Below, in pieces: positions 37,768 to 48,020 of a stretch of DNA of 64,000 nucleotides. The notes under the pieces are model-generated. The model had not been told where the DNA came from and searched no databases. It saw only the letters and a list, made by a program, of their open reading frames with translations. The DNA comes from Elainellaceae cyanobacterium (GTDB taxonomy: Bacteria; Cyanobacteriota; Cyanobacteriia; CAZCXK01): contig JBNPEG010000013.1 in the NCBI GenBank assembly GCA_051117555.1, forward strand, positions 1-64,000, given 5' to 3'. The position numbers and the translations under genes were made by a program. The stretch's first letter is position 1; the number at the start of each line of letters is the position of its first letter.

Positions 37768-39864
37768 ATGCCCAAACAAATTATTATCGCCGAGCAGCAT
37801 CGCATCGCCGCTGTCTTTTCGGAAGACCAGATCCAAGAACTGATTGTTGCGACAGGCAGTCATCAGGTCGGTGACATTTATTTAGGAATTGTTGAAAACG
37901 TCTTACCCGGTATTGACGCCGCATTTGTCAATATCGGCGACACCGAGCGCAATGGATTTATCCATGTTTCTGACCTGGGCCCATTGCGACTCAAGCGTTC
38001 AGCAGGTTCAATCACTGAGTTGCTAGCACCTCAACAGAAAGTGCTGGTGCAAATCATGAAGGAACCCACTGGCAATAAGGGGCCTCGATTGACCGGCAAT
38101 ATAACGCTACCAGGGCGGTATTTGGTGCTGATGCCCTTCGGTCGGGGGGTCAATCTTTCGAGGCGAATTCGCAATGAGAATGAGCGAAACCGTTTGCGGG
38201 CTTTAGCAATTCTCGTCAAGCCTGCTGGGATGGGGCTGCTTGTCCGTACTGAAGCAGAAGGAATAGCGGAAGAAGCCATCATCGAGGATTTAGAAGCTCT
38301 CCAGCGACAGTGGGAAAATATTCAACAGGAAGCCGTTACATCCCGTCCTCCCAAGTTGCTTAATCGGGATGATGACTTTATCCAGCGCGTTCTCCGTGAC
38401 GTATACAGTGCGGATGTAAACCGAATCGTTGTTGACTCGCACACGGGCCTAAAACGAGTCAAGCAGCATTTAATGTCTTGGAGTGGTGGAAAATCTCCTC
38501 AGGGAGTTCTCATTGACCACCATCGCGATCGCATCTCTATTTTGGAATACTTCCGGGTCAATGCAGCAATTCGAGAAGCACTTAAGCCCAGAGTTGATTT
38601 GCCGTCAGGGGGCTATATCATCATTGAAACGACCGAAGCCCTGACCGTCATCGATGTCAACTCCGGATCATTTACCCGATCGAATACGTCTCGCGAAACC
38701 GTTCTGTGGACGAACTGTGAAGCGGCATCAGAAATTGCCCGACAACTGCGCCTCCGCAACGTAGCAGGTGTTATCGTTGTTGACTTCATCGATATGGACT
38801 CTCGGCGTGACCAGCTCCAAGTTCTTGAGCAGTTTACCCGAGAACTCAAAGCAGACAAAGCCCGCCCTCAAGTCGCTCAGCTATCTGAGCTAGGGTTAGT
38901 TGAGTTAACCCGTAAGCGTCAAGGACAAAATATTTACGAGTTGTTTGGACGACCCTGTGCAACATGTGGCGGTTTGGGTCATCTAGTCCACTTGCCTGGT
39001 GATACCGAAACCGTGGTTCATGAGATTGTTGAACCACCGCGCACATACCCTGTTGTCGAATCTCGTAATCCGCAGCTTCGAGAGGTGCCTGATGCACAGG
39101 GAGAAGATTTTGAGCTAGAAACGTCGTCTGATTTGCAAGAGCTGGATTTGGTTAATCATCCGAGCTATCAAGAGCGGGGAGGCAATAATCGACGACGGCG
39201 GCGGCGGCGAGGAGATTTGCCCTCTCCACGATCTGGAAATGCTCGAGTTGCCGTTAATCTCGACGCAGACGAATCACCCGATGGATCAGACGATCGAACA
39301 CCTGCACCACCGACGATAAAAGAGGGTCGCCCTGACCGCAGTGAACGGGGAGACCGCGGCGATCGCCCTGACCGCAGTGAACGAGGCGACCGCAGCGATC
39401 GCAGTAAGTCGTCAAGTCGACGAGACAAAACTCCTGAGCCGCCTGAAGTGATTGCTATTGAGATGACCCAACAAGAGCAAGATGTTTATGCATTGATGGG
39501 TATTTCGCCTCTCGTTTTAGCAACCGAACCTGTGAAAGATTCAAAAAGCGTCATTGTGAATGTGGTTTTGCCAGGACAGGTCAGTCGGTCTAATGGCAGC
39601 GGTGAATCAGATGAGCAACCATCCTTTGTCTTTGACCAGTCCGATTCCGCTGCGTCCTCTGAGTCAGATCAGTCCCCTCCGTCCTCAGAGTCTCAAACGA
39701 GCTTGACAGACGAATCAAATTCAGATCAGGACGAGGAGACATTTGATCAAACCGACCTGATTGGCGCTGAGTCTGTCAATGGTAATGGTGAGAGTGGAGC
39801 ATCGGAGAATGGCACATCCACTCGCCGTCGCCGTCGCCGTCGTTCCTCAGCGGCTGATGCTTGA
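37768..39864 (+). CDS. rne: Ribonuclease E/G
   Basis: S1 domain (VGDIYLG…AAFVNIG), EALTVIDVNSG, DFIDM, CxxCGG Zn-link, and a disordered C-terminus with poly-Arg motifs. Confidence 0.96.
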   Translation: MPKQIIIAEQHRIAAVFSEDQIQELIVATGSHQVGDIYLGIVENVLPGIDAAFVNIGDTERNGFIHVSDLGPLRLKRSAGSITELLAPQQKVLVQIMKEPTGNKGPRLTGNITLPGRYLVLMPFGRGVNLSRRIRNENERNRLRALAILVKPAGMGLLVRTEAEGIAEEAIIEDLEALQRQWENIQQEAVTSRPPKLLNRDDDFIQRVLRDVYSADVNRIVVDSHTGLKRVKQHLMSWSGGKSPQGVLIDHHRDRISILEYFRVNAAIREALKPRVDLPSGGYIIIETTEALTVIDVNSGSFTRSNTSRETVLWTNCEAASEIARQLRLRNVAGVIVVDFIDMDSRRDQLQVLEQFTRELKADKARPQVAQLSELGLVELTRKRQGQNIYELFGRPCATCGGLGHLVHLPGDTETVVHEIVEPPRTYPVVESRNPQLREVPDAQGEDFELETSSDLQELDLVNHPSYQERGGNNRRRRRRRGDLPSPRSGNARVAVNLDADESPDGSDDRTPAPPTIKEGRPDRSERGDRGDRPDRSERGDRSDRSKSSSRRDKTPEPPEVIAIEMTQQEQDVYALMGISPLVLATEPVKDSKSVIVNVVLPGQVSRSNGSGESDEQPSFVFDQSDSAASSESDQSPPSSESQTSLTDESNSDQDEETFDQTDLIGAESVNGNGESGASENGTSTRRRRRRRSSAADA

Positions 39865-39954
39865 TGGAGCTAAGAGGCCAATAGCTGGTAGCCAAATAGC
39901 TGATATCTAATAATTGATGGTTTGCTTGTATTGAGCGCCGATCGCTAAGCAATC

Positions 39955-40644
39955 ATGTTTTTTGACTCTAGCCAATCCTTGTTACTCGATCAACTCAGTT
40001 TCTTAGACCAACTCAGCTTGCCCGACTCGTCTGACTTCATCGCGGGTGTTGACGAGGTTGGTCGGGGGGCACTGTTTGGACCTGTGGTAGCAGCGGCTGT
40101 GATCTTGCCTTCGTCAGCTTTTAAGTCTCTTTCAGAGTTGGGAGTAACCGATAGCAAAAAGCTAACCCATGCTACACGTGAACAATTGACTATCTCGATT
40201 CAAGATATTGCAACTGACTGCAAAATTGGGATAGCATCTGTGCGCGAAATTGATCGGCTCAATATTTTGTATGCATCCTTGTTAGCAATGAAACGGGCGA
40301 TCCGACGGTTAAATCCACAGCCACAGGTATGCTTGATTGATGGAAATCAACGAATCCCAGATCTATTAATTCATCAGCATACGTTAGTTAAAGGAGATGA
40401 GCACTCCATCGCGATCGCAGCTGCTAGTATCATTGCTAAAGTATGGCGCGATCGCCTCATCATCCGCATGGCGACTAAATACCCTCAATATGACTTAGCC
40501 GCTAATAAGGGATATGGAACCCCTAAACACCGTCTCGCCTTAGATGCATTTGGACCTTGTCCTTACCACCGACGTTCATTTAAGCCCTGTCAAATTTTGC
40601 CGTCTTCACTGTCTGATGGCATCAGCCTGAGCCATCCGATTTAG
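39955..40644 (+). CDS. rnhB: Ribonuclease HII
   Basis: AGVDEVGRG, DSKKL, LIDG, AAASIIAKV, NKGYGT, HRRSF. Confidence 0.95.
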   Translation: MFFDSSQSLLLDQLSFLDQLSLPDSSDFIAGVDEVGRGALFGPVVAAAVILPSSAFKSLSELGVTDSKKLTHATREQLTISIQDIATDCKIGIASVREIDRLNILYASLLAMKRAIRRLNPQPQVCLIDGNQRIPDLLIHQHTLVKGDEHSIAIAAASIIAKVWRDRLIIRMATKYPQYDLAANKGYGTPKHRLALDAFGPCPYHRRSFKPCQILPSSLSDGISLSHPI

Positions 40645-40675
40645 CGGTTAATCAGAGCTCTAGCCCGCAGGAACC

Positions 40676-41269
40676 TTAGGCTGTCGGGCTGTCTCTCAGG
40701 AGTGATGAAGATTCATTTGTAGAATCGCTATCTGCTTCTCCTTGAGCCATTGCCCATTTTCGATAATCAGACAGTAATTGATGCATTAATCGCTGTTTAA
40801 TGCTCGTCAAGACACTTCTTAATAAACCATTTCCCGTTGCCTCTAAGAGTGGTTTCGGCGTGAGTCGAAGCGGTGGCGGTAACTCAACTTGCACAGACAA
40901 ATCTGCTTGCCCGACCAAATAGGTTTCCCCATCTACGACCCGGGGAGAGAGCTCTCCAACTAAATCGAGATTAAAGCGCTGGTCAACGTAATCAATCCCT
41001 CGAATTTTACAACCCACTGATTCCAGGTGAACCGTGCCATCGGAATCAACCCACAACCTCATATCTACGGTGGGCTGAATGCTAAACATCATAAAATTCC
41101 TAGAGCGCATCTTGAGGCGAAATACTTCTGCGCTAAGCCGTTCTGTTCGACTTGGATCAACTAAGGCCCCAATCAATCGATGAGGTTGACGCAAATAGTG
41201 TTGAATGGGAACAGGTTGTTCATGAACAGCAATCTTGACAGTTTGGGTAGAAGCGAATTGAACGGGCAT
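40676..41269 (-). CDS. DUF1997 domain protein
   Basis: IQHYLRQPHRL…LEATGNGLLRSVL…IKQRL pattern. Confidence 0.8.
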   Translation of the reverse strand: MPVQFASTQTVKIAVHEQPVPIQHYLRQPHRLIGALVDPSRTERLSAEVFRLKMRSRNFMMFSIQPTVDMRLWVDSDGTVHLESVGCKIRGIDYVDQRFNLDLVGELSPRVVDGETYLVGQADLSVQVELPPPLRLTPKPLLEATGNGLLRSVLTSIKQRLMHQLLSDYRKWAMAQGEADSDSTNESSSLLRDSPTA

Positions 41270-41626
41270 TGAATTACTTACTCAGTGAAATGGCTGCCTC
41301 GGCATGAATTACCTTAACTAAATTTTACAATTTTTCCGAGGAATACCCTTGATTCTACCGAGAATAGAGGCGCAAATACTCTCGGAAACGGGTATTAATT
41401 CATAAATATTGCGGTTTTGTAACTATTAGTGAAAAGCGTCTCATCGTTTTGATTTGCTTGAGCCAATCCAGATCATTTGTAAAGTTAATCTTGGGTGGAA
41501 TTTATCCGAGAGATGCGTATAGCAATATGCGCTTAAGTTGAGCACGGTGATGTGCCCCCCCGCTGCTGTATTTGACACAATTAGCGACTTGTTACAAATA
41601 AACTAATTCTAATCCGTGTAGACTAT

Positions 41627-42499
41627 ATGCCCATTTCTATTGCCTATCTAGGACCGGCTGGAACCTACGCAGAGGCGGCTGCGCTAGCCTGTGCAGCATG
41701 GTTGACTCAAACTCAGGGAGAAGCTCCGCTGCTTATTCCTTATCCGAGTATCTTCCAAACTCTTCAGGCGACTGCGTCTCATCAGACTCAGTTGACAGTC
41801 GTTCCGGTCGAAAATTCTATCGAGGGAAGTGTCTCAATAACGCTAGACACTCTTTGGCAACTCGATATCCTCCGAATTCAGCAGGCTATCGTGCTTCCCA
41901 TCTCTCACGCTTTATTGTCCCATGCTCCTTCAATTGAAGCGATTCAGTCAGTGCATTCTCATCCTCAAGCTCTTGCTCAATGTCAAGGATGGTTAGAAAA
42001 GCATCTGCCCACTGTGAAACTTATCCCGACAAGCTCTACTACTGAAGCATTACAACATCTTGATCAAAACATGAGCGCCGGTGCGATCGCCTCTAAACGA
42101 GCTGCGCACCTCTATTGTCTGCCAATCTTAGCGCATCCGATCAATGATCACCCTGACAATTGCACTCGATTCTGGGTTATGGGACTGCAAAATTCCGAAA
42201 CCGGAAATCATAGTTCGTTGGCGTTCAGTCTTCCTCAGAACGTGCCCGGATCTCTAGTCAAACTTCTACAGATCTTCGCAGATCGGAATATTAATCTCAG
42301 CCGAATTGAATCAAGACCAACCAAGCGATCGCTCGGAGAGTACCTTTTCTTTATCGATGTAGAAGCCAGCCTAACCAGTGACGCTGTTCAGTCAGCCCTT
42401 CACGAACTTAGAGCACAAACTGAGACGCTTAAAATATTTGGAACCTACGACATCATGGAAGCTCAGCCACCTTCCCAGATGATTGATCAATCAAACTAA
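41627..42499 (+). CDS. pheA: Prephenate dehydratase
   Basis: IAYLGPAGTYAE, VPVENSIEG, SHPQALAQC, NCTRF, and an ACT domain LSRIESRP. Confidence 0.95.
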   Translation: MPISIAYLGPAGTYAEAAALACAAWLTQTQGEAPLLIPYPSIFQTLQATASHQTQLTVVPVENSIEGSVSITLDTLWQLDILRIQQAIVLPISHALLSHAPSIEAIQSVHSHPQALAQCQGWLEKHLPTVKLIPTSSTTEALQHLDQNMSAGAIASKRAAHLYCLPILAHPINDHPDNCTRFWVMGLQNSETGNHSSLAFSLPQNVPGSLVKLLQIFADRNINLSRIESRPTKRSLGEYLFFIDVEASLTSDAVQSALHELRAQTETLKIFGTYDIMEAQPPSQMIDQSN

Positions 42500-42544
42500 T
42501 CAATCTGGCGAACTGATCTAACGGGCTAATCTGTCGATTAGATT

Positions 42545-43186
42545 TTACCGAAATGCATCTTTGAGAGCAGTGCGCGCCGCGAGATGATTACGAGTTGAGG
42601 TTAAGATTTCAGCCTCTCGCTCAAGCCGAGCAGCCGTATTTTGCATTTCTAACAACGATTGCTGTTCTGGAGCGACGCCGTAGAGATTATGAGCAATCCA
42701 GTAGGAGAGTTCGACGGGTCGATCAGGAATATCACTGGGCAATTCAATATCCTGTCCAGTGAGCTTAGCCGATAACCGCACCACATCTTGTAAAAGTTGG
42801 CTAACCTCAGTGGCTAAACCTCTCAGATCTCGCTCTGTCGGTTGGTCTTCAATCCATTCGACTAGCCCCACGTAATAGGGTTTTTCACGCACATATTCCA
42901 ATAAGCGAAATCGTTGTTGCCCTACGGTCATCATCTTCATGCGATCGTCTGGCAAACGATTGTATTGAACAATTTCTGCACAGCAACCCACGGTAGCGAT
43001 TTTTCCGTCAGCCGGATCAAGCATCAAAACTCCAAAGCGGCGATCGGCTTTGAGAATTGTATTCATCATGATTCGGTAACGGAACTCAAAGATATGAAGG
43101 GGAAGCGGTCTGCCTGGAAACAGAACGACTTCTGGAAGTGGAAATAGGGGAAGTTCTCGGACAGCAATCGATGAAGGAGAAGCCAT
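42545..43186 (-). CDS. LON peptidase substrate-binding (N-terminal) domain protein
   Basis: ELPLFPLPEVVLFPGRPLPLHIFEFRYRIM. Start at MASPSS. Confidence 0.9.
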   Translation of the reverse strand: MASPSSIAVRELPLFPLPEVVLFPGRPLPLHIFEFRYRIMMNTILKADRRFGVLMLDPADGKIATVGCCAEIVQYNRLPDDRMKMMTVGQQRFRLLEYVREKPYYVGLVEWIEDQPTERDLRGLATEVSQLLQDVVRLSAKLTGQDIELPSDIPDRPVELSYWIAHNLYGVAPEQQSLLEMQNTAARLEREAEILTSTRNHLAARTALKDAFR

Positions 43187-43819
43187 TACACCTTTAGCCC
43201 ATACGGGGATACGACATGTATAGATTTTGACCCTACCAATTGCTCCATAGCAGGCCAAGTTGATGCTTTTGATAACGAACATCTATACCTTAGTTTATCG
43301 CAAAGTTATAGGGTCTCGAAAGGTTATGACAAACAATTGAATGATTAAAATAAACTCACGCGGATAGACTAAACCTAATCTACTAATTGAATCAGATCTA
43401 TTTTCAGGGTATCAAAAAATACATTCTGGGTCAATTTTGTACTGATTAAGTGCAGTCTCGCCTACCTTAAAGCAATTCTGATAAGAGCTAACAATTCCTT
43501 GCTTCTAAGTTAAATAATTTTCTTATTAATTATTTTCGTTTTTTGAGACAAGTTTTTATTTCTTTGTGATATCTTTGCTAAAGCGACAGTAGAGACGCTT
43601 AAACAGTCTGGTCTGAGGCCGCCTAGATATGCTTATATGATTTGGGCGTTTTCGAATGATTAGCAAAGGCTAGATGCTGTAACTCTATTCGAGCAAATTT
43701 ATTTCCCATTCTTACCGCTGCGGCTAGCAGCTATCAGTTTTCTCAGGTTCAACCTCATTTCTGATAGTCAGTACCCTCAATCTCTGTACCTATTTAATCT
43801 CCTTGGTAAGGAATTTGAG

Positions 43820-44101
43820 ATGAACGTCGTAACTCTACTTGGACTAACCGCAGGAACTTTAACAACTCTTGCCTATTTGCCTCAGCTTTTCAAAACCTGG
43901 AAGTCAAAATCGGCAGATGATATTTCCTGGATAATGTTAATTACGCTATGCATTGGCATTGGCATTGTCTTATGGCTGGTGTATGGAACCTATGTTCACG
44001 ATGTGCCTGTCATTGCTGCCAATTTAACGACTCTCTTCTTTACTTCTCTAATTCTCACTCTAAAAATCCGATACAGGCGATATCGGGCTGTGGTCAAGTA
44101 A
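43820..44101 (+). CDS. SemiSWEET / PQ-loop transporter
   Basis: AGTLTTLAYLPQLFKTWKSKSADDIS…WLVYG…PVIAAN. Confidence 0.9.
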   Translation: MNVVTLLGLTAGTLTTLAYLPQLFKTWKSKSADDISWIMLITLCIGIGIVLWLVYGTYVHDVPVIAANLTTLFFTSLILTLKIRYRRYRAVVK

Positions 44102-44185
44102 ATTAATTGACCGTTCTTTGGGCACGATTGCGATCGCGAATGGATTAACTCCGAGACTTCTACAGCGCTCTATATAAGGGGATGC

Positions 44186-44304
44186 CTAGTACTGTTTGGC
44201 AAAAATAAGCCAACCATTTAGGTATGGGCATCTTGCCCGCGACGTGAGCGAGACGCTCACACTACGGTTACTACGGTTATGAAACTTCTGCCATCTTGTA
44301 CTAG
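44186..44304. mobile_element. MITE-like element bounded by CTAGTAC…GTACTAG with nested REP-like palindromes
   Basis: Terminal inverted CTAGTAC. Inner GGGCATCTTGCCC and GTGAGCGAGACGCTCAC hairpins. Confidence 0.6.
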
Positions 44305-44472
44305 GGCGGTTCATGCGTCGTTTTTGAGAGCAGCAGAGCATGCCGGGGGGTGCTCGCCAGTGGTTGGGTCTTGACGCAAACGCATACCCCTATAGATAAG
44401 GATATATCCCTGATAGGCAAGGCCGTTATTCTCAATTTCAAATCATGGGCACACTGGACTAGTGCTGTATAG

Positions 44473-45615
44473 GTGTTTCAATTGATACAGGAAAGAGCAT
44501 TCTGGCTAGGGTGGGCATGTCTTCCAGGAATCGGGCCAATTCTTATTCGACGGCTGCATCAGCACTTTGGCCTTCTCTCTGTGGCTTGGGCTGCCGATAT
44601 TCCCGCGTTAGTAGAAGTAGAAGGAATTGGCTTTCAGACGGCGGAAGCGATCGCTCAAGAACGGTCAAAACTAGACCCAGAACAGCTTTTATCTCACCAG
44701 CTCCAAGACAATCCCCACTTTTTAACTCCAGCCGATTTCGATTATCCTCAACTGCTGCTCGAAATTCCAGATCCGCCTCCCGTTTTGTATTATCACGGGC
44801 AGATCGATTCAGCAGAAACTCAGGGAAACATTCAGGCGATCGCCCTCGTGGGAACTCGTAATCCTACTGAGTACGGAAAACGGTGGACTCGCATCATTAG
44901 CAGAGCATTAGCCCAGACAGGGTTCACTGTCGTGTCAGGGTTAGCCGAGGGCATCGACACGGTTGCCCATCAGTGTTGTTTAGAAGTCGGTGGACGAACC
45001 ATCGCCATTTTGGGCACTGGTGTAGATGTCGTATATCCAGCATCGAATCGAAAGCTAGCTCAGGCGATTGGCAACCAAGGACTACTCTTGAGTGAATATC
45101 CGGCGAAGACGCAACCCGATCGGGCCAACTTCCCGCGTCGAAACCGCATCATTGCTGGGCTATGCCGCGCTACGTTAGTGCTAGAAGCACCTACAAAGTC
45201 AGGAGCGCTGATCACGGCCCAGCTTGCCAACGACTATGGACGAGATGTCTATGCGTTGCCTGGATCGCTTGATCAACGGAATTCGTTGGGCTGTCTCCAT
45301 CTCATCGAAAAGGGCGCTCAATTGATTTTAGGAGAAAATCACTTACTAGACGCTTTAGGAACGTTGCCGCAGTTTCAAAAACGATTTGATGCGCCTTCTA
45401 CTCCTAATCAATTGTCCTTGCTCAATCCATCCCCAATGCCACTAGAACCGGATTTAGATTGCGTTTTGAGAGCAGTTGGTTTAGAGCCATCAGCCTTTGA
45501 TTTGATCGTTCACGATTCTGGCTTGCCAACGTCCTCGGTGTCGAGTGCCCTCTTTCAATTAGAACTCATGGGATTGGTAAATCATCTTCCCGGAATGCTG
45601 TATCAGCGTTGCTAA
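44473..45615 (+). CDS. dprA: DNA-processing protein DprA
   Basis: ALVGTRNPTEYG, VVSGLAEGID, FPRRNRIIAGL, SGALITA, and a C-terminal winged helix. Confidence 0.95.
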   Translation: MFQLIQERAFWLGWACLPGIGPILIRRLHQHFGLLSVAWAADIPALVEVEGIGFQTAEAIAQERSKLDPEQLLSHQLQDNPHFLTPADFDYPQLLLEIPDPPPVLYYHGQIDSAETQGNIQAIALVGTRNPTEYGKRWTRIISRALAQTGFTVVSGLAEGIDTVAHQCCLEVGGRTIAILGTGVDVVYPASNRKLAQAIGNQGLLLSEYPAKTQPDRANFPRRNRIIAGLCRATLVLEAPTKSGALITAQLANDYGRDVYALPGSLDQRNSLGCLHLIEKGAQLILGENHLLDALGTLPQFQKRFDAPSTPNQLSLLNPSPMPLEPDLDCVLRAVGLEPSAFDLIVHDSGLPTSSVSSALFQLELMGLVNHLPGMLYQRC

Positions 45616-46841
45616 GGTGATTCAGACGGGTGGCTCCGATGGAGAACAATCATTGTCGAACCAATTACCGGACTGCGAGCAAGCAAATGGCCTTGAGGAT
45701 CTAGAAGGTCTAGTGCTTTAAACTCTAAGTCGCTGGCTCTATTCAACATTTCATTAGCAAGTTGGTCTTGGCGGGAATCAGGCAGCTCGTACCAGTTGTC
45801 ACTGATATTGACTGTCAACCGGCTGCTGCGAAAGTTGGCCTGCACCGATTGAATGAGCCCCTCTGCATATTGGCTAGTAATGTCTGCAACTTCATCCTGA
45901 ATGGCTGCAATTAAGCTTTGTTCGGGAGTCAATTCTAAGGGAGGAGACGTCTCAGCCGCTCTCGTTTCAGATTGCTCACCTACCCGGTCTGACGGCGGCA
46001 TCGAGGCGTCAGGCGTTTCTACTGCGATCGTTTTATCTGCTGTGCTCGGTTCTTGAATTGGAGAGGGTTGAACTCGTTCGGGAGCTTGAGCAGACGAAGA
46101 ACCCGGCATTCCTCCGATCAACACGACGAGCAAGATAATAAGGGTGCTGGTCACAATCGGAGGAGAGAAAACCGTTCGCCACGACTCAGGGAGGCGATCG
46201 CGCACCTGATTGAGCCGCCTAGACCACCAAATCCAGGCTTGCTGAAGTTTCGCCACACTTTGGTCGAGAACAGCCCACGTTTGAGATTGAGGGGTATCGT
46301 GAGAGCCAATTGCTGATGCCTCTGGGGCGGGAGACTCTAGGCGATGCGCTGCCCATTCGGAGGCTTCTGCTAATACGTTTAAAGTTCGAACACTTTGAGT
46401 TCTAAGAATCGGCAGAACTCGATGCCAAACATTTTGAGCGGTATTTAACGGATTGCCCGCTTTTGCCTCAGGCGAGCGCGTCTTGGGTGACGCTGTTTGA
46501 GACCTATCGCTCTCAGTTTTGGCAGCGATCGCCTGCTCGTCTGAGGCATTGGCAGCATCGACAGCCGCGCCATTGCGAGGTTGGGAATTTGACGCGGCAG
46601 ACTCGACCAATGGCGAGGGCGTCTCAATGCGCGCAATGCTCCATTGGATTGCACGAGACAATCCATGAAATGCCCTGATGCTTTGAGTGCGGAGGATTGG
46701 CTGTGCAGTTTTCCAAATGCCCCGCAGACGATCGGGTAGAGCGATCGCTGGCCGAGAACGATGGGGCGATCGCTGACTATTCGATTCCGAAGTCGCCTGA
46801 TTGCTATTCGATTCCGAAGCCTTAGACGAGTCGTTCGACAT
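45612..46841 (-). CDS. Hypothetical single-TM protein with a conserved cyanobacterial C-terminal domain
   Basis: TM segment STLIILLVVLIGG. C-terminal LTPEQSLIAAIQDEVADIT…GLIQSVQANF…LARSPVIG. Duplicated PILRTQS helix. Confidence 0.75.
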   Translation of the reverse strand: MSNDSSKASESNSNQATSESNSQRSPHRSRPAIALPDRLRGIWKTAQPILRTQSIRAFHGLSRAIQWSIARIETPSPLVESAASNSQPRNGAAVDAANASDEQAIAAKTESDRSQTASPKTRSPEAKAGNPLNTAQNVWHRVLPILRTQSVRTLNVLAEASEWAAHRLESPAPEASAIGSHDTPQSQTWAVLDQSVAKLQQAWIWWSRRLNQVRDRLPESWRTVFSPPIVTSTLIILLVVLIGGMPGSSSAQAPERVQPSPIQEPSTADKTIAVETPDASMPPSDRVGEQSETRAAETSPPLELTPEQSLIAAIQDEVADITSQYAEGLIQSVQANFRSSRLTVNISDNWYELPDSRQDQLANEMLNRASDLEFKALDLLDPQGHLLARSPVIGSTMIVLHRSHPSESP

Positions 46842-46972
46842 GATACCCTCTCCTTGGATAGTCCTGATTTATGCACTCCGTGGATCTGTTTCAAATCAGC
46901 CGGACTATCTTTGCAATCCCTTTATGGACAATCTATCACTTTGAGAGAAAAGACCACGGAAACGGCCTTGGA

Positions 46973-47923
46973 TTACGACCCCAACGAGCGAGTCACCTCA
47001 TCCAATTGAGCCCTATCATCCGCATCTAATTCCCAGCCTAAGGCAGCCGAATTCTGCCGGGCTTGCTTGGCATTCTTGGCTCCTGGAATGGGAATCACAT
47101 TGCCTTGAGAAATCAGCCAGTTTAGCGAAATTTGAGCCGGTGTACGCTGATATTTTTCGCCCAGGGTTTGCAAGTGCTGGATGATCGGAGAGAGCTTTTC
47201 TAGCCCGCTCTTGCTAAATCGAGGATCGAGCCAGCGAGCTCCGGTAGGTTTTTGATAGGTTTCTAGCGTATATTTTCCGGTCAGTAGCCCTTGCGCCAAT
47301 GGACTATAGGCCAAAATCGTGATACCCAAACGCTGCGCTGTTTCTAACACGCCATTTTGCTCGATTTTTCGCGACAAGAGTGAATATTCGACTTGATTGA
47401 CCGCCAGCGGAATACCCTGATCAGCCAATAGGCGATGGGCGGTTTGCATTTGCTCTGCTGAATAATTGCTGACACCGACCGCCTGAATTCTGCCTCGTTT
47501 TACTTCATGGGCAAGAGTGCTCATGAGGGTGCCTTGTCCCATGAAAAAATCAAATGGCCAATGAACTTGGTAAAGCGGAATACTGGAGACTCGGAGGCGT
47601 TCTAAGCTTGCGGTGAGCGCATCAATAATGGCATCTGCATTAAATCGCCAGGGAAGAGGAAGGTATTTAGTCGCGACCAAAACGGGTTGGTCAGTCTGAT
47701 GCATGAATTGTCCGATTAATGTCTCAGACTCGCCAAATCCATAAATCTCTGCCGTGTCAAAGAAGTTTACGCCTGATTCTAGGGCCGCCTTAAACGCATC
47801 ATAGAGCTCTGGTTCGCCATAGTCTTTTCCGTAGCTCCAAAACAGGCGATCGCCCCATGACCATGTTCCAATTCCTAACGCCGGGACAGTCGGACCCTCA
47901 GGCCCTAGTGTGAGTGTCTGCAC
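46973..47923 (-). CDS. Aldo/keto reductase
   Basis: LGIGTW, FDTAEIYG, VATK, YQVHWP, VGVSNY, AYSPLAQG, IPIPGAK. Confidence 0.93.
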   Translation of the reverse strand: MQTLTLGPEGPTVPALGIGTWSWGDRLFWSYGKDYGEPELYDAFKAALESGVNFFDTAEIYGFGESETLIGQFMHQTDQPVLVATKYLPLPWRFNADAIIDALTASLERLRVSSIPLYQVHWPFDFFMGQGTLMSTLAHEVKRGRIQAVGVSNYSAEQMQTAHRLLADQGIPLAVNQVEYSLLSRKIEQNGVLETAQRLGITILAYSPLAQGLLTGKYTLETYQKPTGARWLDPRFSKSGLEKLSPIIQHLQTLGEKYQRTPAQISLNWLISQGNVIPIPGAKNAKQARQNSAALGWELDADDRAQLDEVTRSLGS

Positions 47924-48020
47924 GATTCACATTCCTTTACAGTCTTCCTTTTTGATTATGAGAAGTTTTGCATCAGAATGCAGAAATCTTAGGGTGAAAA
48001 CCTTAAGCGAAAAGGTATCG

